A stretch of DNA of 64,000 nucleotides from Candidatus Parvarchaeum sp. (GTDB lineage: Archaea; Nanobdellota; Nanobdellia; Parvarchaeales; Parvarchaeaceae): positions 83,791 to 147,790 of the forward strand of contig JBMFWF010000001.1 in NCBI GenBank assembly GCA_049965555.1. Reading direction: 5' to 3'. Positions 30,016 through 39,543 of the stretch are shown here, in pieces; position 1 is the stretch's first letter; each line of letters opens with the position of its first letter. A program made the translations under genes and the position numbers. A model generated the notes under the pieces. The model saw only the letters and a program-made list of their open reading frames with translations, made no database searches and had not been told where the DNA came from.

Positions 30016-30303
30016 TTATTTGTTCTCAAACTTTATTTTTTGTTCTTTTTTTGGTTGTGCTATAGTCTGCAGCAGTTCTTTCAACCTTTCATCATCTATG
30101 ACAGATTTAAGCCTTCCTGTTAAAGCAGACTGGATAAGCATGTTTTCTACTTCTTCTGCCAACTCAGGATGGGCATACCTTAAGTTTCCAAGCCTCTCTC
30201 TCGCTTCCTTTGTGAGGAACTTCACAAGAATCTCTTGCTTCAACTGCTCCATCTTCTTTCTCTGCTCCAATTCTGAAAGATCGTTTTTATTCTGATATTC
30301 CAT
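30016..30303 (-). CDS. PDCD5/TFAR19-like dsDNA-binding protein
   Basis: 95 aa; conserved archaeal gene between rps19e and rpl39e; helical K/E-rich pattern with GRLKSVIDDERLKELL. Confidence 0.65.
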   Translation of the reverse strand: MEYQNKNDLSELEQRKKMEQLKQEILVKFLTKEARERLGNLRYAHPELAEEVENMLIQSALTGRLKSVIDDERLKELLQTIAQPKKEQKIKFENK

Positions 30304-30733
30304 ATTTTTTCGCGGTTTCCATCGCTGCTTTGTCTGTAAATGCTATTCCTTTCGGAGTAAGCGTCCTGCCGAAATGATTCTGTACCTTTACTTTCTTAAT
30401 CAGCTCTGCCTTCTCTAATTCCTGCAGTATGTGCCTTATTATTGCACCGCTTGCAGGCTTAAAATGCTTGCCACTGTATCTATTCTTTTCCTTGTCCCCA
30501 TAGATATTTCTTAAACGATTTACTCCTATAGGTTTTTTATTAATGTACATCCTCCTCATTATGCTTGCCGCTCTAAGGTACCACCAGTTATCCTGGGAAG
30601 GCACCCTGTCTTTTGCTGAACCTGTTTTCACAAACATCGCCCATTCCGGTGGTGGCGTTAATTTTTCTTCCTCTAGCTTCTTTGCAAGTTCATTCACCAA
30701 TTCTATCTGATTTACGTCATATCCTCTTATCAT
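30287..30733 (-). CDS. rps19e: ribosomal protein S19e (eS19)
   Basis: 148 aa; PPEWAMFVKTGSAKDRVPSQDNWWYLRAASIMRRMYI and GRTLTPKG match eS19. Confidence 0.85.
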   Translation of the reverse strand: MIRGYDVNQIELVNELAKKLEEEKLTPPPEWAMFVKTGSAKDRVPSQDNWWYLRAASIMRRMYINKKPIGVNRLRNIYGDKEKNRYSGKHFKPASGAIIRHILQELEKAELIKKVKVQNHFGRTLTPKGIAFTDKAAMETAKKYGISE

Positions 30734-31010
30734 ATTTTACCTTTCTAACATTTCCACAATTTAAGCATTTATAGGTTAAAAAACCTTGCTTCAACCTAAC
30801 CCTGCAGTTAACTCCAGGTATAAGTAATCTATTACAGCTTCTACATATTAAAAACTTTTCCTCTTTTGGCAGTTTTATCTTTTTAGAGGTCAGCATTCTC
30901 TTAGCTATGTAAGCATACCTGTCTGAGAGGGCTTTATTCTTCCTTGCTTCCCTCATCAAGTAATCAAAATCCCTTTTGAATCTCTTTTCATCTTTAATAT
31001 GCACTGCCAT
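30717..31010 (-). CDS. rnp4: RNase P protein subunit Rpp21 (Rpr2)
   Basis: 97 aa; zinc ribbon CRSCNRLL...CLNCG and N-terminal basic helices typical of Rpp21. Confidence 0.8.
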   Translation of the reverse strand: MAVHIKDEKRFKRDFDYLMREARKNKALSDRYAYIAKRMLTSKKIKLPKEEKFLICRSCNRLLIPGVNCRVRLKQGFLTYKCLNCGNVRKVKYDKRI

Positions 31011-31102
31011 GCTTGAATATTATCATTAATCTTTTATTAATAGTGTAATTTTGGTAAAAATTCAAACTTAAAATAATTACAAACTTTACAATCATAGAAA
31101 AA

Positions 31103-31110
31103 TTTATAAA
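31103..31110 (+). promoter_or_regulatory. archaeal TATA box (tttataaa) with A-rich BRE, upstream of the small acidic ORF; GGAGG Shine-Dalgarno at 31166-31170
   Basis: aaatttataaagg ~65 nt upstream of the ATG at 31176; aaccaaGGAGGttaatATG gives a textbook SD spacing. Confidence 0.45.
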
Positions 31111-31175
31111 GGATATATATCTCTAAAAAGTAAAGCGCTGGGGCAGAGGCGCGGAACAAAACCAAGGAGGTTAAT

Positions 31176-31301
31176 ATGGCCAAAAAGAACAAGGTAGAAG
31201 ACGACGATGAAATCATCGAAGAAGACGAACTAGATGGATTGGACGACGAAGATTTAGAGGATGACGATTTAGATGATTCAGACGAAATAGATGAAGAATG
31301 A
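31176..31301 (+). CDS. 41-aa hyper-acidic small protein (MAKKNKVEDDDEIIEEDELDGLDDEDLEDDDLDDSDEIDEE)
   Basis: Not in the ORF track (<60 aa). Strong SD and TATA. After a basic MAKKNK head the sequence is almost entirely D/E. Confidence 0.4.
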   Translation: MAKKNKVEDDDEIIEEDELDGLDDEDLEDDDLDDSDEIDEE

Positions 31302-31337
31302 ATAAAACAAAATAAAAGACGTTTTTATATTTTTTAT

Positions 31338-31835
31338 TTAATTTAATTTTCTAAGCACAAGAACAAGATTTTCATTTGCAAACTCTTCCGATATTATGCT
31401 CTGCTTTTTATCCCTTCTTACGATTTTCAAGTAAAGCTTGTCGCCGTTTTTTGCCCTTATTTCTATTGAGTTTTCCATCTTTTTTATGTCAATGTCATTT
31501 CTGTTTCTTACGCCAGGAAGAGAAATAGCATGTATGACCGTATCCCCGTGCTTTGATATTAGATCTTGAGGTTCTATTATTTCCTTAGCGGAAAATGGCT
31601 GTCTTGTACTGCTTTCGTGCCTTTCCTGGCTTTCATGCTGCTTTTCAGTGAATATGGAACCATTGAAAACCCCGTTTAAAACCTGAGGTATCAGCTCATT
31701 TACCATTTTTGTAACATCTATGTTCAAACCGCTTATGTTTATTCCCTGTGTCCTAAGAGGTCTGCCACACTGCGGACAGAAGCTCCATTCCTTTTCGATA
31801 GGCATTCCGCAAAATAGACATTTTTTCTTCTGCAT
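31338..31835 (-). CDS. zinc-ribbon protein with C-terminal Hsp20/alpha-crystallin-like segment
   Basis: 165 aa; CLFCGMPIEKEWSFCPQCG zinc ribbon; C-terminal beta-rich region (DTVIHAISLPGVRNRNDIDIK...LVLVL) loosely ACD-like. Confidence 0.3.
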   Translation of the reverse strand: MQKKKCLFCGMPIEKEWSFCPQCGRPLRTQGINISGLNIDVTKMVNELIPQVLNGVFNGSIFTEKQHESQERHESSTRQPFSAKEIIEPQDLISKHGDTVIHAISLPGVRNRNDIDIKKMENSIEIRAKNGDKLYLKIVRRDKKQSIISEEFANENLVLVLRKLN

Positions 31836-31852
31836 AATTTATTCTTCTGTAT

Positions 31853-32143
31853 ATGATTGAATATATAATTTGCTGTACATTGCAGGAAAAGGTTAAATTA
31901 AGGAAGAATCTAATAAAATATATGATAAAATCGCTGTTTTTGATAGGATTGATAATCTTCCTTATAGGAGGAATATCTTTTTTAGGTTTAAATATCCATG
32001 TGATAAGCAAGTACATCAATGAGATACTGTCGTTTATACCATTGCAGCAGGAGTATACCTCCATAATCTTTGTAGTAGTAGGATTGATAATTATGGGATT
32101 GAGCTTTTACTCCAAGATGGGTAAATACTACAAATATTATTGA
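31853..32143 (+). CDS. small membrane protein (2 TM)
   Basis: 96 aa, two hydrophobic helices. Confidence 0.3.
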   Translation: MIEYIICCTLQEKVKLRKNLIKYMIKSLFLIGLIIFLIGGISFLGLNIHVISKYINEILSFIPLQQEYTSIIFVVVGLIIMGLSFYSKMGKYYKYY

Positions 32144-32144
32144 C

Positions 32145-32360
32145 ATGGGATTTGCCGGGACAAGCATAACTAATGAAGATGCAGAGGAGATATTGACTTC
32201 GCTCGTTAAGGCTTACTCTGCGATACCGCCTGTACTTAAAGCTTACATACCTCCATTAGACAGAATATTGAAGGTTCTGCCGGATACTGTTAGGAAGTAC
32301 TCTGTAGAAGATATAATACAGCTTTTAGATTGGGCTGCGAAGAACGAGATAGTTATTTAA
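32145..32360 (+). CDS. hypothetical protein (71 aa)
   Basis: 1-nt gap from the upstream ORF; no motif. Confidence 0.3.
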   Translation: MGFAGTSITNEDAEEILTSLVKAYSAIPPVLKAYIPPLDRILKVLPDTVRKYSVEDIIQLLDWAAKNEIVI

Positions 32361-32509
32361 ACGTGAATTCTAAAATAGCTATTTTAAGGTAAAAAAGAAA
32401 TTATGAGTATAGAAGTGTTATCCGAATACATAAGAGATAGTTTTGCCTTCTTTAATGGCTTTTGGCTATTTAGCAATTTGTACACCCTTTACCCTTTATA
32501 AAAGGAAAA

Positions 32510-33685
32510 ATGAATGAAAAAGAGGAAGAAGGCATGCTTACGGATGGGCCCAGCATATCCGTCCTTATTCCTGCCTACAAGGAAGAGAATGTCATAATAA
32601 AGAATGTTAACAGAATCGAAAAGACAGATTACAGTAAACTTGAGATTATACTTATAACAGAAAAGAGTGATTTTAAAACTGACAGGATGTCTGAATACTT
32701 ATCAAAAAAATACGGAAACGTAAAACATGTTTCATTGGAAGAAAATGAAAAAAGAGGAAAACCACGTGCATTAAATGAAGGATTAAAGCATGCAAGCAGT
32801 GATTTAATAGGAGTATTGGACTCTGAAGATTACATAGATAAAGACCTATTCAAAAAAATTGCTTACAAATTTTCAAAATACAATTATGATGCCATACAAG
32901 GGAAACTTAGCCTTAAAGAATCACATGATAAGTGGCTTGATCACCAATTCGCAGCGGAATATAGATATTGGTATGAACATTACATGAAAAAAGTAAGCCA
33001 ATCAAGTTACATATTGCCTTTTGGTGGAACAACCAATTTCTTCAAAAAAACAGTACTTGAAGAATTGAATGGTTGGGAGAATGGAAACCTTACAGAAGAC
33101 TATGAACTGGCGATAAGAATGTACAGCAAGCAAAAGACTGGAAGGAAGTATAAGGTAGGATACATAGATGTTGTTACCACGGAAGAAACTCCAAAGGATA
33201 TCAAGAGCTGGATTAAGCAAAGAACCAGATGGTCCCAGGGAAAGCTAGACACTTCGTTGGAATACATGAAAAAAAAGGATTTGAGTATAAAAAACAAGGC
33301 CAAGATTCTAGCTACGGGGTTAAGTTCCTTTATAGGTACAGTAAACCTTGCAGGGTTAGGTATAAGCGCATACATGTATGCAAGCGGAACAAGCATGGGT
33401 TATTTTGCTGACATTGCTTACTTGAACCTTTCTTTTATAGGTGCTTACTGCTATTTGCAAGGCAAATCTTACTATGAGATACTTAATGAGAAAAATGAGA
33501 AGCATAAATACCTAAAATCTGCGTTTATAGGGATAACTACACCTTTTTATTGGGCACTCCAATGGGCAGCTAACACCTTAGCCTTGGGAAGAGAAATAAA
33601 AAGAAAAAAGAACTGGGAGAAGACTCTGCATTTAGGAACTGCGTTCAAAACTGAGAATGAAGAAGGAAGGCAAATACAACGATAG
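32510..33685 (+). CDS. family 2 glycosyltransferase with C-terminal membrane domain
   Basis: 391 aa; GT-A motifs SVLIPAYKEE, DSED (DxD), QRTRWSQG (QxxRW-like); 3-4 C-terminal TM helices. Confidence 0.7.
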   Translation: MNEKEEEGMLTDGPSISVLIPAYKEENVIIKNVNRIEKTDYSKLEIILITEKSDFKTDRMSEYLSKKYGNVKHVSLEENEKRGKPRALNEGLKHASSDLIGVLDSEDYIDKDLFKKIAYKFSKYNYDAIQGKLSLKESHDKWLDHQFAAEYRYWYEHYMKKVSQSSYILPFGGTTNFFKKTVLEELNGWENGNLTEDYELAIRMYSKQKTGRKYKVGYIDVVTTEETPKDIKSWIKQRTRWSQGKLDTSLEYMKKKDLSIKNKAKILATGLSSFIGTVNLAGLGISAYMYASGTSMGYFADIAYLNLSFIGAYCYLQGKSYYEILNEKNEKHKYLKSAFIGITTPFYWALQWAANTLALGREIKRKKNWEKTLHLGTAFKTENEEGRQIQR

Positions 33686-33718
33686 GTTTAAATTCAGATA
33701 TGTATTCTATTTAAAGAT

Positions 33719-34129
33719 ATGATAATTGACGGAAAAGATTCTGTATTGGGAAGGTTGGCGACCTTTGCTGCAAAATCGGCATTGGAGGGAGAGACAGTTG
33801 ATATTGTAAATGCTAAAGACATCGTCATAGTCGGAAACAAAAATAATATACTAAAAAAATACCTTGAAAGAAGGAGGATAGGCACGATGTCAAAAGGGCC
33901 ATTCTTTCCAAGAGACACTAAAGGGATAGTTAGACGGGCTCTTAGAGGCATGATAAGAAACAAGAGATACCATGGAAGAGAAGCATTCAAAAGGATAAAG
34001 GTTTATGAATCCGTTCCGGAAGAATTAAAAGACAAGGAAATGATTAATATAGCAAAAGTAAGAATGGACAAGCCAATACACAAGGTTAAAATAGGAGAGC
34101 TTGCAAATATACTTAAACAGGTAAAGTAA
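33719..34129 (+). CDS. rpl13: ribosomal protein L13 (uL13)
   Basis: 136 aa; IIDGKDSVLGRLA...VRRALRGM consensus. Confidence 0.9.
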   Translation: MIIDGKDSVLGRLATFAAKSALEGETVDIVNAKDIVIVGNKNNILKKYLERRRIGTMSKGPFFPRDTKGIVRRALRGMIRNKRYHGREAFKRIKVYESVPEELKDKEMINIAKVRMDKPIHKVKIGELANILKQVK

Positions 34130-34130
34130 A

Positions 34131-34526
34131 ATGAAAAAGAACGCAATAATAGTAGCAAAGAGAAAAACGGCCGTTGCAAACGCCGTAATAAAAGAAGGCA
34201 GTGGAAACGTATTCATAAACGGAAAATCATTGCATTCATTTAACGACAAGCTTTTCAGAAGGATAGCATCAGAGCCGATTGAATTATCCGATGGCCTTTA
34301 CAAAAAATATGATATAGCAATAACAATAAGCGGCGGCGGCCACGTTGCAAGAGCCCAGACAGTAAGATCTGCAATTGCAAAAAGCCTCGTTAAAAAGGAG
34401 AAAGGGCTAAGGAAAAAATTCATAGAATATGACAGAACGCTTTTAGTAGACGATAAAAGGCAGACTGAGGCGCAGAAACCGTACAGAAGTGCAGCAAGGG
34501 CGCTCAAACAGACAAGCTACAGATGA
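34131..34526 (+). CDS. rps9: ribosomal protein S9 (uS9)
   Basis: 131 aa; C-terminal RSAARALKQTSYR. Confidence 0.9.
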   Translation: MKKNAIIVAKRKTAVANAVIKEGSGNVFINGKSLHSFNDKLFRRIASEPIELSDGLYKKYDIAITISGGGHVARAQTVRSAIAKSLVKKEKGLRKKFIEYDRTLLVDDKRQTEAQKPYRSAARALKQTSYR

Positions 34527-34566
34527 GCTTAAAGCCTTAAATATACCTTATTTTCTAGATATCTCA

Positions 34567-35130
34567 ATGGAAAGCTTGTATAATTTTATAAAAAAGCAGA
34601 GCAAGCTTGAATTGCTTTCCGAGCAGATTGAAGAAGGCAATTATAAAAAAGCTCAGAAAACCTTAAATGAAATAATCTTAGAGCGTACAGTTTATATGGG
34701 CGCACAGAAGAGGGATAATGTTAAAAATGAGATAGACCATGCCATGAAGGTATATATCGCTGGCCCTTATACTCAGAATGATACGGACTTACATGATGCC
34801 GCAAGGATCGCACATGAGAACACCGTAAATGCAATAGACTTCGGGATAGATGTGATAAACAAAGGACACCTTCCTTATATACCACACTTGTCTCACTTCA
34901 TACACTTGTACGGCAAGGAAAGACTTTCATATGAGTATTACACAAAGGTAGATATTGAATGGCTAAAAGACTGTGATGCAATACTTTATTATCACCCTAA
35001 AATAGGGGATTCAAAGGGTGCTGACAATGAGCTTAAAGTTGCAATAAATAGCGAAAAAACCGTATTTTTCAGCCCATACGAAATTCCGCAGTATACTCCG
35101 AAAGAAAGGCAAAGCACTAGCGAAAAATGA
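34567..35130 (+). CDS. Rossmann-like protein, possibly nucleoside 2-deoxyribosyltransferase-like (DUF4406/DUF1937-type)
   Basis: The track start at 34489 overlaps rps9. The ATG at 34567 is preferred, ~27 nt after a TATA-like ttaaatata. The motif VYIAGPYTQND resembles the YxAGP motif of NDT-like proteins. Confidence 0.3.
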   Translation: MESLYNFIKKQSKLELLSEQIEEGNYKKAQKTLNEIILERTVYMGAQKRDNVKNEIDHAMKVYIAGPYTQNDTDLHDAARIAHENTVNAIDFGIDVINKGHLPYIPHLSHFIHLYGKERLSYEYYTKVDIEWLKDCDAILYYHPKIGDSKGADNELKVAINSEKTVFFSPYEIPQYTPKERQSTSEK

Positions 35131-35582
35131 AAACCCAACAACTAGTAGAATTCTTTAAGACGAAAGGACTGTTTCTAGACTATATACAAACTGAGAAAAG
35201 CACAGCAAGCTCCCAGGAGGCAGCTTCAGTTGTGGGCTGTTCCATATCAAAGATAGCAAAATCAGTAGTGTTCGAAGGCAATAACAATGCGATACTTGTT
35301 CTGCTGGAAGGAGATAAAAAGGTTGACATTGAAAAACTGGAAAAAGTGGTGAATTTTAATGTTAAAAAAGCTTCTCCCTTTTTTATACTACAAAAAACTG
35401 GTTTTGAAGCAGGAGGCGTAGCTCCAATGCCAAATGAGAACACGGAAATATATATAGATAAAGGCGTAATGGATCATGAATTCGTATGGGTATCGGCAGG
35501 CTCAAAAAAAGAGGTAATCAAACTGCAGACAAAAGGGCTAGAAAACGCATTGAACGCCGAAATCATTTCCGTTTCCTTGTGA
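35127..35582 (+). CDS. YbaK/ProX-type aminoacyl-tRNA deacylase
   Basis: 151 aa; pattern KS.VF......ILVL..GD.KVD..KL..........A.......TGF..GGV.P matches YbaK editing domain. Confidence 0.55.
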   Translation: MKTQQLVEFFKTKGLFLDYIQTEKSTASSQEAASVVGCSISKIAKSVVFEGNNNAILVLLEGDKKVDIEKLEKVVNFNVKKASPFFILQKTGFEAGGVAPMPNENTEIYIDKGVMDHEFVWVSAGSKKEVIKLQTKGLENALNAEIISVSL

Positions 35583-35988
35583 AAATTGAAAAGACAAACA
35601 GAAGAAAGGCAAAAACGATAAAGACTAAATCGACATAAAGATTTATCGGTTGATAGTAATTGCTGAGATTATAGTACTGCCCTATACTTATCAAAAAGTT
35701 AGCTTCATCGGATATAAGGCCCACACCAAAACCGAAGGCAAATGCTGTAATGCACATTGCTGTATTATTTCTTCTGAGTTGTTCATCAAGCGCAAAAAAA
35801 ACTATGCCGCTGACTATTACAAGTATTATGCCCAAAAAGATATGGTGAAACTTTATTCCATCATATCCCAATCCTAAATTTCCTCCGAGATAAACATACA
35901 GCCTAGCAATTATTATTGCAGATGCTACTCCCAAAAGAAGGTAGAGCGACGGCTGTTCTATCATTTTTTCCCGTGAGATTTTCGCCAT
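35563..35988 (-). CDS. membrane protein (4 TM), function unknown
   Basis: 141 aa hydrophobic. Confidence 0.35.
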   Translation of the reverse strand: MAKISREKMIEQPSLYLLLGVASAIIIARLYVYLGGNLGLGYDGIKFHHIFLGIILVIVSGIVFFALDEQLRRNNTAMCITAFAFGFGVGLISDEANFLISIGQYYNLSNYYQPINLYVDLVFIVFAFLLFVFSIFTRKRK

Positions 35989-36034
35989 AAATTTAATATT
36001 ATTAATATTAACAAGTGCTATTTATAAAGAGTAC

Positions 36035-36106
36035 GGGCCGGTGGTCTAATGGCATGACGTCACGTTCGCATCGTGAAGGCTCCGAGTTCAAATCTCGGCC
36101 GGTCCA
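36035..36106 (+). tRNA. tRNA-Ala (anticodon CGC)
   Basis: Acceptor gggccgg/ccggtcc containing the G3:U70 Ala identity pair; anticodon stem tcacg/cgtga, loop ttCGCat; T-arm ccgag-ttcaaat-ctcgg; discriminator A. Confidence 0.85.
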
Positions 36107-36121
36107 TATCACAAGAATTAT

Positions 36122-37159
36122 CTAAAGAAAAACCTTTTGATGGTTTCCTTTTCCCCAAATCAGCTTGTTGGTGAAGAAAAGGGAGACCGCTGAAACAACA
36201 ACTATTGAAAACGTCGATATTATTGAAAAATCCGTCCTCCCCAACGAAATCAGGTACCTAGAGATGACACTTATCATAAGTATATCGAATGCGACTACTG
36301 CTAATATAAAGGCATTAAACTTTCCAAAACGATATGCAGAGCTTAGAAAACCCTTGTTCCTGAAGTTTATCTTCTCATTAACAATAAAATTCGAAAGCCC
36401 GCTTATTTCTCCGCCTATTAAAACCGCTAAGGGGTAGAAAAACCCCAGGCTTAGGCTTGTATAAACCATAAACAGGTTTACTAAGTAAGAAAGAGAAGAG
36501 ATTAAACTGTAATTTATTGAAGTTTTGTTGAAGCTCCTTATTATTGATTCCCCCATCTCTGCCAAATTGATCCTTTTATTGTCCTTTCCATACTCTTCTC
36601 TTATTATTTCAGTAGTTGGTATACCATGGGCATTAAGAACATTTATAGACTCGACAAGGAATGACTTGCCGTTGAGCTTTGTGTCTCTTAGAAGCAAAGC
36701 GGCCTCTCTTGTAAGTATCCTATTGAAAGAGAAATTATTGTAAGAATTACCAAATGACAATAGATTTGAAACCTCAGTTACAAGCATCTCCCTAAAGTTC
36801 CTTTTCCCGCTTTCAATCAAGTTTCCACCGTTTAGATAATCTATAAACCATGCCGCATTTTCTTTTGAGTAGTCTTCAAATGTGACTATCTTTTCAGCGC
36901 CGAGGTTCAAAGCTGCTGACAAACCCATGCGAAAGCTTTCTCCAAAAAGGTGGGTATGGGCAAACTTAACAATTATGAGATTTTCCCACCTGCTCTCGTC
37001 CTCCTCTACTGAATCGAGCAGAACCATGGATTGCTTGTTTACCGCTGCGTTCAACCTATCCAAAAACTGCTTTCTCTGTGCGCTTTTTTGGCCTACGAAT
37101 GCAGGCAAAAGAAATGCTATGCTCGGACTGTTCATTAATAAATAAACACAGCACCTCAT
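36122..37159 (-). CDS. membrane protein with soluble N-terminal domain (possible glycosyltransferase-like), function unknown
   Basis: 345 aa; ~180-aa soluble region followed by 4-5 TM helices; true start probably the second Met (MNSPSIAF). Confidence 0.3.
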   Translation of the reverse strand: MRCCVYLLMNSPSIAFLLPAFVGQKSAQRKQFLDRLNAAVNKQSMVLLDSVEEDESRWENLIIVKFAHTHLFGESFRMGLSAALNLGAEKIVTFEDYSKENAAWFIDYLNGGNLIESGKRNFREMLVTEVSNLLSFGNSYNNFSFNRILTREAALLLRDTKLNGKSFLVESINVLNAHGIPTTEIIREEYGKDNKRINLAEMGESIIRSFNKTSINYSLISSLSYLVNLFMVYTSLSLGFFYPLAVLIGGEISGLSNFIVNEKINFRNKGFLSSAYRFGKFNAFILAVVAFDILMISVISRYLISLGRTDFSIISTFSIVVVSAVSLFFTNKLIWGKGNHQKVFL

Positions 37160-37209
37160 ATTTAAGCTTAATTTTCTACCTTTGAAAGGTAACTTGTTCT
37201 GGCTTATCG

Positions 37210-38202
37210 TTAAATATCTGTAAATTTTACAAGAATTCCCCCAAATGAATTTAATTGACTCAGTGACTCATCAGTTTCATCGAATAAAACGATCTCACAG
37301 CCCCTGCTATCAAGCTTTTCAACAATTTCTTTATTATTAAGTATATATTCCTTCGATATTATGGCCTGCTGCGGATTCCTTTCATTCAATGCCCTTGCTA
37401 TCTCTTCTGATCCATAAACATAATGCTTATCATTTTTTGATATGCCTGAAAGGTACTCGTTGATCAACTGCCTTTGTATTGAAAGCCTGGCCTTATTCAA
37501 TGCTTCATTTATACTGTTTCTTGACAAAAGCTCTTTCAAACCGGTATCAGCATATGAAACCGTTTCGTATGTTATGTTCTTATCCTTAAGATAGTTCTTC
37601 CTCAAGTCCTCGTTATCCATTGCCTTCCCTGCTACTATAAAGGCATTATATCCTTTTTCATATTCTTCAGAAAGAAGCACTGAAAGCTTTGTGAAAAACT
37701 CTTTCCTGCTCTCATTTTTGAACATCTTGCCGCTTACTGCCTTTGAAAAATCCATCTTCCTCTTTATTCTGTAATTTGACATTACATAAAAGAAGGCCAT
37801 GCCCTCCTCATAAACGCAGATGAATACCTTTGGCGAGGTTTCCGCAGCTTGCTTGAGAAGCTTGACCTGAAAATGCAAAAGCCTGTTTTTTTTAAGTATA
37901 AAGCCTGTTCCTCTCTTTATCTGAATTGTGTGGTATCTGTGCAGTGGAACATTTTCATCCGAGGAGTAGGTAATGCGGCCGCCTATGTCTAACGAAGTTT
38001 CTGTCAGCTTTATCTTTTCTATTATCACAGTTATCTTTATAGTCTTTATTTCCTGCGACTTACCGACTACTACCTTTCTTCTAGAATAAGCAGTTATTTC
38101 ATCTCCATTTTCACATATATATTGTAGGAAGACAAGGTCGCTGTATGACTTGACTATTGCCTTTACTGTATTATTTTTACTGTCGAGCTTAGTGATTTTC
38201 AT
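37210..38202 (-). CDS. pelA: mRNA surveillance protein Pelota (Dom34 homologue)
   Basis: 330 aa; N-terminal MKI..D......V.L..E..DL..L..II..GD...A.T.RK pattern and C-terminal eRF1-domain-3-like YVYGSEEIARALN. Confidence 0.7.
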   Translation of the reverse strand: MKITKLDSKNNTVKAIVKSYSDLVFLQYICENGDEITAYSRRKVVVGKSQEIKTIKITVIIEKIKLTETSLDIGGRITYSSDENVPLHRYHTIQIKRGTGFILKKNRLLHFQVKLLKQAAETSPKVFICVYEEGMAFFYVMSNYRIKRKMDFSKAVSGKMFKNESRKEFFTKLSVLLSEEYEKGYNAFIVAGKAMDNEDLRKNYLKDKNITYETVSYADTGLKELLSRNSINEALNKARLSIQRQLINEYLSGISKNDKHYVYGSEEIARALNERNPQQAIISKEYILNNKEIVEKLDSRGCEIVLFDETDESLSQLNSFGGILVKFTDI

Positions 38203-39308
38203 ATTATTGAATAGATGGTGTATACCAAGCCTAAAAGCATGACTATAAATGTAAATACTATTAGGTATATCCCGCCAGGCACAAGGTATTTGATGCTCTT
38301 TTTCGACTTTCTTTTCCTTTCAATGAAAACTGCAAATAAGATCATCATAGCAAGCAAGGAAATGAATATCCCTCCGGTAATGTCAAGTATGCTTTCAAAA
38401 TTGAAGCCGAAGAATGCTATCGCGAAAGGGGCCGCCAATGAAAGGAACATGCTCGGCTTTCTTGCAATTCCAAAATCATATGTGAATGAATCTGCAAGTA
38501 CAAGACTAAGTGCTATATAAGGAGTCAATAAAAGAAACAAAGTAGTTAAAGAAAACAGTAATTCATAGTAGATTGAATGTATCCCGTCAGTTGCTACTGT
38601 CGATACTGAATTGCCAAATGCTCCTACAAAGGCGAAAGAGAAAAAAACGTAAAGCAGTATGGAGATGATATAAGAGAGGACTATCACACTTGTCAGTTTC
38701 TTTATGCCACCAAGCTCTTCCTTTACTTCAGGTATTACAGTATAACCTGTAAAGGAGAAAAGGATTATGCCAAATGGCCCGAAAAGATTCGTTATGTTGT
38801 ATGAATAGAAGTTTGCGTCCTTGACTATTGTAAGAACGGAAACTGCAGCTGCAACTATAAGAGCAATCTTTATGAAAAGCAGCGGTGTTTCCGCATCCTC
38901 CACCAATTTGTAACCTTTATATATCAATGGCAATGTAAGCAAAAACACTAATAAGACGGAGACTGCATATGAAAGATGAAAAAGGAATACCATCACAAAG
39001 GCTATGCCTGTAAGATACGCTATCTGCGCTCCATAAATCGTTAAAACCTGAAAGATTAGGATTAAAATTCTCAAATTTTTTCCGGTGTATTTACTTATTA
39101 TTATAGGCAATTGGTGCAGCTTTTTAAAATGACTTGAAAGCTCACCAGTATACATTGTTATCAATATAGAAGCAAAGCCTACCAGTATAAGAAGTGCTAT
39201 GCCCTCAAAAAACCCGCTTTTCTCTATTGCATAAGGCAAAGCAAGTATTCCTCCTCCCACTATCGTTCCAACTGTAGTGCTTAATGCAGCAAGATACTTC
39301 ATGTCCAT
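38199..39308 (-). CDS. amino-acid permease (Trp/Tyr-permease or AAAP-like transporter)
   Basis: 369 aa, ~11 TM; N-terminal STTVGTIVGGGILALPYA signature of the Mtr/TnaB/TyrP-like family. Confidence 0.55.
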   Translation of the reverse strand: MDMKYLAALSTTVGTIVGGGILALPYAIEKSGFFEGIALLILVGFASILITMYTGELSSHFKKLHQLPIIISKYTGKNLRILILIFQVLTIYGAQIAYLTGIAFVMVFLFHLSYAVSVLLVFLLTLPLIYKGYKLVEDAETPLLFIKIALIVAAAVSVLTIVKDANFYSYNITNLFGPFGIILFSFTGYTVIPEVKEELGGIKKLTSVIVLSYIISILLYVFFSFAFVGAFGNSVSTVATDGIHSIYYELLFSLTTLFLLLTPYIALSLVLADSFTYDFGIARKPSMFLSLAAPFAIAFFGFNFESILDITGGIFISLLAMMILFAVFIERKRKSKKSIKYLVPGGIYLIVFTFIVMLLGLVYTIYSII

Positions 39309-39399
39309 AGGATAGTTAGCAGCTTAAGGCTAATATATTTGGTGTTTGCTGGTTAAAGCTGTAATTTATTAATACAAGCGCTTTAATACTATTTATGCT

Positions 39400-39472
39400 G
39401 CTCTCGTAGTCTAGCGGCCAAGGACAGTGGCCTCTCGAGTCACTGACCCGGGTTCAAATCCCGGCGGGAGCA
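39400..39472 (+). tRNA. tRNA-Glu (anticodon CUC)
   Basis: Acceptor gctctcg/cgggagc, D-arm gtct..ggac, anticodon stem gtggc/gtcac loop ctCTCga, T-arm ccggg-ttcaaat-cccgg, discriminator A. Confidence 0.85.
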
Positions 39473-39543
39473 ATTTTAATAAACAACGCCTATTTTAGTA
39501 GCGAAATAAAAACATTTTTATCTTCTGTTATTATTATGTTGCT

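Noticed and set aside
32401-32509. 32-aa ORF (MSIEVLSEYIRDSF...) upstream of the GT2 gene
   Set aside because: No SD or promoter spacing. It overlaps the TATA element of the downstream gene and is likely non-coding leader/promoter sequence.
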